From Carcharhinus longimanus (taxonomy: Eukaryota), in contig JASCQW010000132.1 in NCBI GenBank assembly GCA_030264375.1, positions 64,086,403 through 64,150,402 of the forward strand: 64,000 bases of DNA, written 5' to 3'. Position 1 is the first letter of the stretch; every line of letters begins with the position of its first letter. Shown one piece after another: positions 39,590 through 51,440 of this stretch. The translations under genes were made by a program, and so were the position numbers. The notes under the pieces are model-generated. The model worked only from the letters and a program-made list of their open reading frames with translations. It did no database searches and was not told the origin of the DNA.

Positions 39590-40890
39590 TATATGAGGTA
39601 TACAGACGGGAATAAGCCACTTGGTCCCTTGAGCCTGCTCCGCCATTCAATAAAATCATGACTGATCTGATTGTAACCTCAACCCTACATTTATGCCTAC
39701 CCTAATAACCTTTCACCTGCTTGTTAATCAAAAATCTATCCAGCTTTGCATTAAAAATATTCAGAGTCTTCTTCCACTGCCTTTTGAGTACAAGAGCCCC
39801 AGAGACTCACAACCCTCAGAGAAAATAATTCTCCTCATCTCTGTCTTAAATGGGTGACCCCTTATTTTTAGTGATCCTTAGTTCTAGATTCTTTGACAAG
39901 AGGAAACATCCTTCTTTGTCCATCCTGAAAATACCCCTCAGGATCGTAAAGGCTTCAATCATGTCACCTCTTATTCTTCTAAACTCTAGCTGATATAAAC
40001 CTAATCTCTCCAATGTTTCCACATGAGCCAACCTGCCCATTCTTGGTGTGGTTATTTAAAGGTATGGGAAAATCATCAGAAAGGCTCATAGAATGATGGT
40101 CTTTATCCCTATGGGACTAAAATTCAAAAGGGTAAAAGCCATATTAATATCATTGAGCAGTTCTAGGAATGGCACTCAAGGAAGGACATTTTGGCTTGGG
40201 AAGGAATGCCAACACATGTTTAGCAGAAGGATGCTTGGATTCCAAGAGTTAAAATACAAGGACAGAAATGTGTTTTGGAAGGGTCGCTGGAGCAGTATGT
40301 AACTAGCCCGACTAGGGGAGGGGCTATACTTGATTTAGTGTNNNNNNNNNNNNNNNNNNNNNNNNNNNNNNNNNNNNNNNNNNNNNNNNNNNNNNNNNNN
40401 NNNNNNNNNNNNNNNNNNNNNNNNNNNNNNNNNNNNNNNNNGGTGTAGGGTGATGCGGCGGCACGGGCTCGTTGGGCCGAAGGGCCTGTTTCCCGTGCTG
40501 GGTTGTTCTTTGTTCTTTTGTTCTTTGTATCTCACAAATAGGGGTTGTGTTCCCTGAAATTTCAAAGATTAAGGGGTGATTTTGATTGAATAAGATAGAT
40601 AGAGAGAAACTATTCCTGCTGGTTGGAGAGTCTAGGACCAGGAGGCATAACATAAGAATATGAGCCAGATCTTTCAGGGATGAAATTAGGAAACACTTTT
40701 ACATGAAAATAATGGATAGAAGGTTGGATTTCCCTCCAGCGAGTGACAACTGATGTCAGATAAATTGTAAATTTTAAAACTGAGATTGATTTTTTTTTGT
40801 TGTTCAAAGGTATTAATAGAAAAGGGCAAAGACAAGTATGCCATAATCTTATTAAAGGAGCAAACAGATTCTCCTGCTCATATGTTCTCG
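39590..40890. mobile_element. Cluster of CR1 fragments in opposite orientations (minus 39590-40050, plus 40050-40890)
   Basis: LERLGLYQLEFRRIRGDMIE and 3' tails. Confidence 0.8.
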
Positions 40891-41542
40891 GTAACCATAT
40901 GCAGCTTGTGAGTAATGCCAATATTGAAAGCCATTTATTATTGGCCATTTAGGAGCAAACAGTTGTACATTATTTCCTTTGATACGACAGAACTGATGGG
41001 ACAGTGGCCTACGGGTAACATTCGTCTTCATTCTTTGAATTGATTAGAACTTTACAATGTCACAATAGGGAAGATTCTGGACAAGATAATCCCAAGCAAC
41101 CATTTATCATCATCAAACAGAATAATGTGTTTTTTTTAAGAGCTGCTGGTAGGTGTAGGCATCTTTTTTTACAATATATCATATTACTATTCAGTAGGAT
41201 AACCCAATCAATCTAGGCTTAAATAACCATAACTGAAAACAACTGTTTACTAAAATATTTATTTCAGTTGTTAGGAATCCTTGATCATTCCTGAACAAAA
41301 CTATAAACAATTTCCTTTATTTGAGAAACAGAACCAGCTGTTTATGTAGCTGACACAAAAAGACTTTTCAGTCTTCCCCAGTGATGACCAGACATCAGCA
41401 ATCTGCACTGTGATTTGTACATTAGATTTATTTCTTAATAGATCAGTCCTTTGAAGTCAACTGTCACACCATAAAATGACAGGTGTTCATATCTAAGTAT
41501 TACCATTTTACAGAAAACATTTCCTTTTCTTGGTTTGGCATT

Positions 41543-41898
41543 CCATAGAACCATAGAATCCCTACAGTGCAGAAGGAGGCAACTCGGCCCAACAAGTCTG
41601 CACCTACTCTCCGAAAGCACATCTTGCCCAGGCCCACGCTCAGCCCTATGCCCAGACACCCACAATTGAGCAGTGTTAAGCCACTTAACCTACACATCTT
41701 TGGGCACTAAGGGTCAATTTAGCATGGCCAATCCACCTAACCCGCACATCTTTGGACTGTGGGAGGAAACCAGACCATCTGGAGGAAATCCATGCAGACA
41801 CAGAGAGAACATACAAATTCCACACAGTCACTCAAAGCCGGATAGAACCTGGGACTTTGGTGTTATGAGGCAGCAATGTGAACCATTGTGCCACTGTG
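41543..41898 (-). mobile_element. HE1-like tRNA SINE
   Basis: catagaatccctacagtgcagaaggaggc...ccacacagtcac...ccattgtgccactg. Confidence 0.88.
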
Positions 41899-42387
41899 TA
41901 ATTTTATTTATTTCACTCTATCAATATAGATTTATGCTAACTCAAATACAGTTATCTTTTTATGATGCCTGACAATAACTTAACAATAACTCTATTTTTA
42001 GCTTTACAAAGATCTAACAATTTAGTAAATTGGCGAACAAAAGTCCCTCAGTCACTGGTTTAAGCCCTCTGCCTTTCCAATGAGATAGAATCATTCTATT
42101 TTAATGTTTAAAATTTTTGAGCCTCTGCTTTAGGTATATTAGCTACTTCACATTCTGAAGAAGCATAAGTTCCTCCAGTCCCTTCATGGCACTCAAAATT
42201 GTCAGTCTCTATGTCACATGAATTATTTTTAAAAAATCATACAATACCAAACATAATTATCTGGTATACTGGACGATGAAGAAAGAGTAGAGTTGCAACC
42301 TCTAATTACTTGAATAAAGACCTCAAGGGTCATGCTAGCCTGATGGTTCTTCAGTAGCATATCTGGCATTCTTTGTCAGAGAGACAA

Positions 42388-43040
42388 ATTTGATTTGACT
42401 TGGTTTCATTTATTATTGTCACATGTGCTAACATACAGTGAAAAGTATTGTTTCTTGCGCGCTATACAGATAAAACATACTGTTCATAGAGAAGGAAATG
42501 ACAGAGTGCAGAATGTAGTGTTNNNNNNNNNNNNNNNNNNNNNNNNNNNNNNNNNNNNNNNNNNNNNNNNNNNNNNNNNNNNNNNNNNNNNNNNNNNNNN
42601 NNNNNNNNNNNNNNNNNNNNNNTGGGGTCCTTAATTATGCTGGCTGTTTTGCCAAGGCAGCAGGAAGTGTAGACAGCGTCAATGGATGGGAGGCTGGTTT
42701 GTGTGATGGATTGGGCTACACTCATGACCTTTTGTAGTTTCTTGCAGTCTTGGGCAGAGCAGGTGCCATACCAAGCTATGATACAATCAGAAAGAATGCT
42801 TTCTATGGTACATCTTAAAAGTTGGTGAAAGTCATAGCTGACATGCCAAATTTCCTTAGTCTTCTGAGAAAGTAGAGGTGGTGGTGGGCTTTCTTAACTA
42901 TAGTGTCGGCATGGGGGACCAGGGTAGGTTGTTGGTGATCTGGACACTTAAAAACTTGAAGCTTGCGACTCCTACTTCGTTCCCATTGATATAGACAGGG
43001 GCATGTTCTTTTTTATGCTTCCTGAAGTTGATGCCAATCT
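42388..43040 (-). mobile_element. Rex1/Babar-like LINE 3' fragment
   Basis: AQSITQTSLPSIDAVYTSCCLGKTASIIKDP is a typical Rex1 ORF C-terminus; FKFLSVQI upstream. Confidence 0.85.
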
Positions 43041-44519
43041 CTCATGCCCTCATTTGTGCTATTTTATTTTACTCTCAGACTTTTGTTTCCTCTTGTGGAT
43101 GGTGTGCTAAAGTATGATACCACATAATGGTAGAGCTTATGGTTTTGTTCCTACATGGTGCATTTTCTAGTCTTAGTCATGCAACCTGTTCCTGGCCCAG
43201 AAACTTCCATAAGGGAGAAAACAGAGTAAGCTTCTGTGCCAGTGCCAGTGCATTTCCAAATGCTCGGATACTGAGTAGCAGTGCAACAGGAGAGCCATAT
43301 TCTGTCTAACCTGCTCCCTGGTCAACTCATGGTTTAGAGACATTAGAGGATAAGAAAATAAGAGAAACAGATTAAATTATAATTTAGAATACCTAAGATA
43401 TCCAAATCTGTTTACACAATATATGTTTGCAAGTGATTCAAGTGTGGTGTGAAGATATCCCAGTAATTATGAGGCCAATGGGTTTGAAAGGGAAGAGCCA
43501 TCATATAGCTGATTAAACTGAGTGCAATGGAGGTGCTTACGTTTTTAGTGGGGGTAGGGTGGTGGGCAGGCAATCATTAATATTCTTAATGATTGTGTTC
43601 TTAATGTAAATATCTCCATCCCTACTATCGTCATATGCTTCATTGTTAACCTTCCCTCTGTAATAAAATCAGGTATGGGATTGTTCACTGAATAGTCTAT
43701 ACTATTCCAATCTCTACATTGCACATAACTCCTCTGACATTGAAGCATCCTATGTCAGTTTACAGCAGGATACAAACAATACCCTGACAAATGGCAAGTG
43801 ACAGCCTAGTGATGACCATCTTCAGCAAGAATAAGTTCCCTTCCCTCCCTGACCCTCATTGTGGAGACTCTTCCTATCAATATTGTGGGGATAACTTCTC
43901 TGGAGATTAATTGGATCCAGAATATCAACACAGTGACTGCAGGAGGACAGAAGCTGCATAGTTTGTAAATTTATAGCCCACTTTATCACTTCCTTTAAGC
44001 TTCTGAATGATATAAAAGACTCAGGTCGGGGGTCTGATTGAATACTCACCATTGCTCGGATGGTTGTGGCCACAATAACATGCAAGAAGTCTCAATGCCA
44101 TCAAACAAAGTAGCCTGCTTAATCAGGGTCGGGATGATTGGATTCAATATTCATTCCTTAGTGTTGCCAGTGCATTTTGGTACAGAATGTCGTATCCTAT
44201 AGGATGCACTGGAACAAGTCCCCAAGCACTTCTTACCCACCTCTATCACTGATGACAAAAACAGCAACATTGTGAGCACACCACCACTGCCAGCTCCCAC
44301 ACTATCAAGACTTAACAAATATCCCTGTCCCTGGTTCAATATTCAAAATCCCCCAACTTACACCATTCCCTACCTACGGCTGTTCAAGAAGGGCTATCAT
44401 GATCTCTTTAGGGCAACTGAACATTGTCCTCCACCCAGAAACAAATTCATTAGAGGACAAAGGGGCAGCGGGAAGATCAAGGCGTTTTACTGAGTTGGTA
44501 AATGGATGAAGATATATAA

Positions 44520-45000
44520 ACACACACCCCAGGAAGTAGCAGCAGGTCTCCTTCCCCCCCAATAGTTCAGATCAGTTCCAGTCCGGGGTAGGGGGAGCCC
44601 CATAATGCGCTTTGTGTAGTTGACGCTTGGTGTGTGAGGGAAGAAAGATATAACTTCCTGGTGGAGAGAGAGGACAGGACGCAGGAGCTGCCTCACGTTT
44701 CTCTAAGTCTGCTTGTGCCCAGCTCGCCGACACCACTTGCGCCTGGGCTGAGCAGACACTTGCTTTTTGCCGGAATGTAATGGCTCCGTGTGCGACCATG
44801 GTGAGTGTGAACTCAAGTAAAGAGCCGCCCTCCCTTTACTTTCCACACACTCTCTCTCTCCCTCCGCTCACTCTAATCTCTCTTCCTTGCTCGCTCGCCT
44901 TTCGTTTTTAAACTCCTTTCCTGGCGGCCAACTTGGTTTGAGGCAAGGGTTGTGAGGTGCGGCAGCCCAGGCCGCAGCAGCCGACTGAAGTTGGCTACAG
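44520..45000 (+). promoter_or_regulatory. CpG-enriched promoter/first-exon region
   Basis: Local CpG excess in non-repeat sequence; ETS-like caggaagt (44530) and acttcctgg (44653); GC-box-like runs; strong donor GTGAGT at 44801. Confidence 0.6.
44780..44800 (+). CDS. Short ATG-initiated first exon MAPCATM (phase 0); POC1A/POC1B exon-1-like, or a uORF in the GALNT4 leader
   Basis: atggctccgtgtgcgaccatg|gtgagt; resembles recalled POC1A MAAPCA|EDP and POC1B MASAT|EDP first exons; no POC1 exon 2 found in the window. Confidence 0.4.
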
Positions 45001-45631
45001 GACAGGCTGCAAACTCCCTCACATCACTTTACTCCCAATATCTGCCACTTGTTGGCCCAAGTGGCAGAATCCGCCTTCAGACAGGGTTTGGACACTGACT
45101 GAGAGAGTTCCTGCCCAGACACACTTTTTAAAAGTCTCTGATGTATATTAGTGGTATTGTTGATTCGAGCACACAGACTGTGAACAGTTTTAAGTTGTGA
45201 AAGCCGGGCGGCTCCTCTCGCTGTTTGAAGAACTGCACAGCTCGGCCTGTCATTCCAGCTCTCCTGGAAACACTTCACTGGCACTAAATGAAATGACAGC
45301 AGCAATGTGACAAAATCTTTAGGATTGAACAGCACGCAATTGCTGTTTAGAATCCATTCTGTCCGCTGTCTTGCTCCTATCCGGGACAGCCAATAATGTT
45401 TTTCCCGAGGTTTCATTTATTATTCAGAATCTATTAGGGAGGTTGTTCTGCAGACACTGGACTATCTGTTTACAACGAGAACAGCAAACCTGTGCCGATC
45501 AACCAGTGTTACTTTGTGTTTATTTGCATGCTTAATAGGAATATTGTAGAGCTTCACTATATTTTTATTTTGAATTAAACTTTTTAAAAGTTTGCTTTGC
45601 ACCAGAGTGATTGAAAAGCAATAATCTTGCT

Positions 45632-46162
45632 TTCTGTAGAAGGGTGATAGGGACTCGAAACGCCAACTCTCTTCCTTTGCGCCGATGCTGCCAGCCCTCC
45701 TGAGTTTTTTCAGCATTTTCTGATTTTACTATATAATCTTAAAGTGGCCTTGGAGCATTTCTTAAGATTTGTCCTCAGATTGATTGCTTTGAACTGGAGT
45801 TTCACTGCAGAATCTTTCAATGACCTAGAAGGATTGAATTGATATTCATGACAGAAGCAAATTACGCAGTTGCTGAATATGAAACCAAAAGAGAAAAGGC
45901 TGGAAAATCTCAGCAGGTTTGGCAGCATCTGCAAGGAGAGAAAAGAGCTGACGTTTTGAGTCCAGATGACCCTTTGNNNNNNNNNNNNNNNNNNNNNNNN
46001 NNNNNNNNNNNNNNNNNNNNNNNNNNNNNNNNNNNNNNNNNNNNNNNNNNNNNNNNNNNNNNNNNNNNNNNNNNNNCTGGAAAATCTCAGCAGGTTTGGC
46101 AGCATCTGCAAGGAGAGAAAAGAGCTGACGTTTTGAGTCCAGATGACCCTTTGTTAAAGCTG
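45632..46162. mobile_element. Two short Penelope-derived repeats in inverted orientation (45632-45728 plus; 45885-46162 minus, duplicated across the gap)
   Basis: aagggt...ggactcgaaacg...gatgctgcca...ctgagttttt.cagcatttt and its reverse complement. Confidence 0.65.
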
Positions 46163-47259
46163 GCAAAGCATATTCATGATTGTGATCATAATGCTATCTT
46201 CCACTCAGAGTAGCAATCTTTAATTACTTCCATTGGTATGAATTCAATATTCTCTTTGTTAACCCCCTGCTGTTCTTTACCACTCCAAATTGTTTGAAGG
46301 CCAGTTTCCCATATCCTGTGTCTTTGCGTTCACCCATCACCCCACACTCAGATTAGCACTACCCCTCTGATGCCAAATACATCAAATTTAAAACATTTTT
46401 CCTCATCTATCCTGCCTCTACAACCTCCTGTGCCCTTGGCATTTTATGTCAGCCCCCTGTTTTTTGTTCTGTTTCTTACGGCCAAATCTTTACCATTCAT
46501 TCAGACCTCCTGTCCTCTTCCCTAAATCTTTGTTTCTTTACTCTTTCTACCTGTAGAACTTCTTCATTCCACCTTTTCAGCCCGAGTATTATTCTTATGC
46601 TTTTGTCTTGCCTTGCCATCTACTCCTTTATTTCTTTTAATGTTCCTCTATCACTGTCGCCTCCTCCTTGTAACAATGAATCTTGGAATGCTTTTTACAT
46701 TAAAGGCATTTGAAATGCAAGTTAACATAAAAGTGTTGCAAAATGCAGCCATAAGAGGAAAAAAAATCTAATGCCATACTTCCCAAGCTATTGTCTGATG
46801 TGGCCCCATTTTAACAGTTGAAAATTAACCTGACCCTCACACACCAACAAAATCAAAATTGAAAATAAAGCAGCATAGTGACATTCAGCATATAATTATC
46901 AATGTTTGCATGTTATAAATCAACATTGCATAGATACACAAGTCTATGCTTTTAAGTACTTTGTAGAAGTGCTATTATTTTATATACTCATAGGTTTCAG
47001 CCAAGCTTTCCATATTTCCCAATAACAGAAGTCTCCATGTACCCTGACACACAACTTACGCTCATGCACTTTAATCATACTCCCATGCATGCATGCATAC
47101 TGTAATCAGCCCCTCTTTCGCGCCCCCCCCCCCCCCCCCCCCCCCCCCGCAAACACACACAATTAAATTGCTCCTCTTCACCCCTCCACGTACATAATGA
47201 TGAGCCCCTCCATCACCACATATTAGTTGGATGGATGGACGGACCACCTAGCATCAGCA

Positions 47260-48200
47260 CGGGAAATGACATTGGTAAACCCAGCTCTATCAACCCATGC
47301 AACGTCTTCCTTACTAACACATGGGGCTTGTGCTGAATTTGGGAGAACTGTCCCACAGATTGGTCATGTCTGACATAATCATTCCTTACAGATAATGTCC
47401 CAGATACCACAATCACCATCTCTGGGAGAAGTCCTACCCTACTAACAAGATAGGTACACCAGAGGTGTAGGGTGATACACAGGTTGGTAGGAGTTGCCTT
47501 GGGAGTTCTCAACATTTACATTCATTTAAGCTGATGAATTAATGCTCCTCTATATTAAACCTCACTTCGAGGAATCGCTGGTGGTGGACACAAAATGTAC
47601 ACTGGGAGAAGGCTTCAATGTCTGTGACCAAAAGTGGCTTGGTAACACTACTAGACTGAGCTAGCTGAGTCCTAAAGGACATAACTGCTGGACTAGGACA
47701 GTGACATGTGGTTAGGGAACCAATTAGAGGGAAAAGTGTACTTGACTTCATCCTCACCAACTTGCCCATTGCAGATGCCTCTGTCCATGACAGTATTGGT
47801 GGGAATGACAACCGCAGCACCTCTGTGGAGACATTGAGCATACCCTTATTGTGTTGTGTGACACTAGCATTGTGCTAAATGGGACAAATTACGAAAAAAT
47901 CTCAAAACTGGGCATCCCATGAGGCCCTGTGGAGCAGCAGCAGAATTGTACTCATATCCCCCACTCTACTATTGCCACTGAGCCAGGGGAATCAACTCTG
48001 ATAAAATAAAGTGAGATGTCAACATCATAGCAGCATACAATAGACTGAGCTAAGCAATCCCACAACAAACAGATCAGATCTAAGCTCTGCAGTCCTGCCA
48101 TATCCAGTCATGATTGGTGATGGACAGTTAAACATGTAAAAGGAGGAGGAAGTTCCACAAATCTTCCCATCCCAATGATCTGTGAGCCCAGGTCATCAGG
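47260..48200 (+). mobile_element. Decayed CR1/L2-clade LINE endonuclease region
   Basis: N..GL...LGEL-like start; VREPIRGKSVLDFILTNLPI...SVHDSIG..D-like segment. Confidence 0.65.
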
Positions 48201-49544
48201 ACAAGTAAAGTTTACTCTCCCACACTTCACTGGTGTAAAGTGATGCTAGGAGAAAAACTGTGCAATTGATGCTGTCCTATTTTCAAATTAAATCGTAATA
48301 ATTAGGGATGTAACCTTCACTGCCCCCCACCCTGCCATGCCCCTGGCCTCACCCTCTTTGCCACCCACATCCTCACAAATGTAAGATCTACTCTTTTTCA
48401 GGCCTCAGTTTTTTTTTTCAAATGGTTTGTTTAATCTGCATTCCGATCTATTAATGCACACCAGGTTCCAATAGGAGCCGAAACAGGATATCCTGAATTA
48501 TAGTAAGTCCCCTGCATGCAACTGTATTAAATGGCCTAGAGAAGAAAAGAAATCCTGTGGAGAAGGCAGCCATGCTGTGAGCTGATCCAGTAGAAATATT
48601 CAGTGGGGGAAGGAGAAAAATCAATGACTCACATGTCAAATGTATTTATGTGCTGACACTGGGCAGGACTTTCCTCACCATCTTGGGGAGAGAGAGAATG
48701 AAAGGTGAGCAGGGTAAAGGAGCATGGCTGGTACCGCCTGGGCCTAACTGTAGGCTGCAGTCTTGGGGTTCCTGACCCAGTGGTTGATCTTGCACCAGGT
48801 GCTCGTTGCATGATGAAAGGTGGGTAGACAGAAAATGATTCTGGGAAACCAGGGAATTGCAAATGGTAGAGGAAGCAAGATTTGTTTTTGTGATTCCAGT
48901 CTTACATTGCACTACTTTGTTTTATGTGCTGCTGAAGTATCAGTTGCCATCAGGAGCCTAGTGAGGAAGATTAAAAGTAATTTTAACTGAGGGTATGAGC
49001 CATAAAAATGTTATTTTTGGATTAGTGCAAGTTGCTTCATTGATGTAACCTGCCTGTTAGATGTGTGGATACAGGTTTCAACAAGTGATGTCTCAGGTGA
49101 ATGCATTGGTTTTCTTGCCTTGAGAGGGGAAGGTAAGGAATTATCAATTGTAAGTTTACCAAGTACTGTATTCAAATTTCTGTCACCACATAGTAACAAT
49201 GAAAACGGTTGCTAGGAAGCAGTCAGAAGGTGAATGGCACACGATCAGATGTTTTTTCAGACTGAATGATCTCTGTGCCAAAATCAAGGGTTTACCTTGG
49301 AAGGAATATTCTTTAACAGTATTTGGCAGTTGTTTTCTTTTCAAACACTGTTATCACTATTAAGTCCTATTTTAAAAAAATTAAATGATTGGAATGCAGT
49401 GATATGGAGGACAAAACATTTTCATTAATTGTTAGACTAATATTGTGCACAGCCTCAAATGTGCTGCTATTTTTGCTGTGAAAATTTGCTGCCTGATTCT
49501 TAGATTCCTAACTAGTTTAGTTCTCTAGCACCTCAGAACATTTT

Positions 49545-50178
49545 TTAATGTTTTGTTTTAATTATTTCCATCTCTGTAACATCACCTAACTTGACCCTCC
49601 CTCTTCTGCTGAAACCCTCATCTGTGCCTTTATTTCCAATTGGTGGGTCTGCTTAGTTCTAGTGTCTGTAAACTTGAGTTTATTGGAAGCTGTATTGTCC
49701 ATGTCCCAAGTTGGACCATTGTTCACCATCATCCTTGTGCTTGCTAACCTACAATGGTTAAACAACATCTGAATTTTAAAATCCCCATTTCTAGCTTTCA
49801 AATCTCTCCATGGTTTTGCCTTTCCATATCTTTGTAATTTGCACCAGCTGCTTAATCTTTTGAGATTATCTGCACTCCTCTCATTCTGGTCTCTGGAGCA
49901 TCACTGATTCTAATCACTTCAGCATTGGTGGCTGTGCCTTTAGCTGCTTTGTCCATAAACCCTATAATTTTCTGACCCCATTCCCCAGACCTCTGCACCT
50001 CTCTCCATCTTCCTTTATTTCTTTAAATTGCTCCTTAAAACAAAGATCGTTATCCAACTTCTCACTATCTGTCCTAATATCTCCTAATATGGCATGCTTT
50101 TTGCTTTACAATAGTTTGTGAATTGCCTTTGGACCTTTTATATTACATTAAAGGTGCTATATAAATCCAAGCTGTTGT
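49545..50178 (+). mobile_element. L2 LINE 3' end; another at ~46200-46725
   Basis: ETLI.AFI, L.NLQWL, I.FKI....FK.LHG.A..YL, G..AFS motifs and tacattaaaggtgctatataaat.caag tail. Confidence 0.8.
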
Positions 50179-51099
50179 AATGATAGAAAAGCACATGACT
50201 TTCCATGAAATAATTTAACTTGCCGAATCATAAACAATTATATTCATTCTTGCTTCTCTCTGACTTGAATGCCAGTTTCAAAATAAAATCTATTGTTCGT
50301 TAAAGAAATTATTTCTGACACCTGAGACATCAAGGTAGTGTTGGGCTGGAATTCTCTGGCTGTTCACGCCCCACTGCTGCTGCCAGAGAGCACAGAGAAT
50401 TTGATGCTCAGCCAAATCACTTGTTCATTGCAGCGGAACCAGAGAATCCCACCGATGTGAATGGCCGGAGAATCCTCCCCTTGGTCTTTATAACTTGAAG
50501 GCAAAGACATAAATATTTTGCATTTATGTAACGTCTCTTATGCTTCAGGATATCCCAAAGTGTTTTACAATCCATCAATTACTTTTGAATTGTTATCACT
50601 GTGGCAGCCAAATTGCACACACTAAGGTGGGGTTGTTGAAGTATGAGTATTGGCCGGGATAAATGCAAGTTACTCTGCTGCTCTTTAGCACCATGAGATA
50701 TTTTGCATTGACTTGAGTAAGGTCATTCATTGCATTGCTTTAATGTTTCATGTGATTGATGACATCTGTGACATTGTAACATTCCCTCAGCGCTGCACTG
50801 AACTTTAAGACCGGATTACCTATCAGGGTTGAACAGACAACCGTCTGACCGAGCTGATAGTTACACCACTGAGCCAAACTGACTATCAGTTTAAACATCG
50901 TTATTGTATGATTTCCCTGGTAGCTTCAGGATATGCAGATTTAGGTTCAGTGTATGTGCTGCAGAAATTATTACAAGTGTTTCCACTTTGTGTCCTGTGT
51001 TAAAATTGTCCCACAGAGATGCCTCCAATAGTTGCTTCAAAATCAAATCTTTAATGGATGGAGGCGTGCCAGAATATTTAAGGAAGGGATTTTTAAGGG

Positions 51100-51440
51100 C
51101 AACATGCTGTAGTGGTAATATAACTGGACTAGTAATCCTGAAATCCTGGCGCATATTTGTGGGTTCGAATATCACTGTGGCAACTGGTTCAATTAATAAA
51201 ATCTTGAATTGAAAGCTGGTCTTAATAATGTTGACCATGAAATTATTGTAAATCCCATCTGATTCCCTAATGTCCGTTTAGGGAAGGAAATGTGCTGTCC
51301 TTATGTGACTCCAGAGCAATAGCAAGTCGTTAACTGCCCTCCGAAATGGCATTGCAAGCCAATCAGTTCAAGGGCAGTTAGGGTGGGCAACAAATATTGA
51401 CCTTAGCGAGCAACACCCACATCCCGTGAAAGAATAAATA
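51100..51440 (+). mobile_element. tRNA-derived SINE with CR1/L2-type tail
   Basis: gtagtggtaat...gggttcgaat head; cagttcaagggcagttaggg.gggcaacaaat tail. Confidence 0.7.

Noticed and set aside
47122-47148. Poly-C run
   Set aside because: Simple homopolymer, possibly length-inaccurate; no functional evidence
49205-49222. RFX X-box-like ggttgctaggaagc
   Set aside because: Only a half-site match, 4 kb from the promoter, expected by chance
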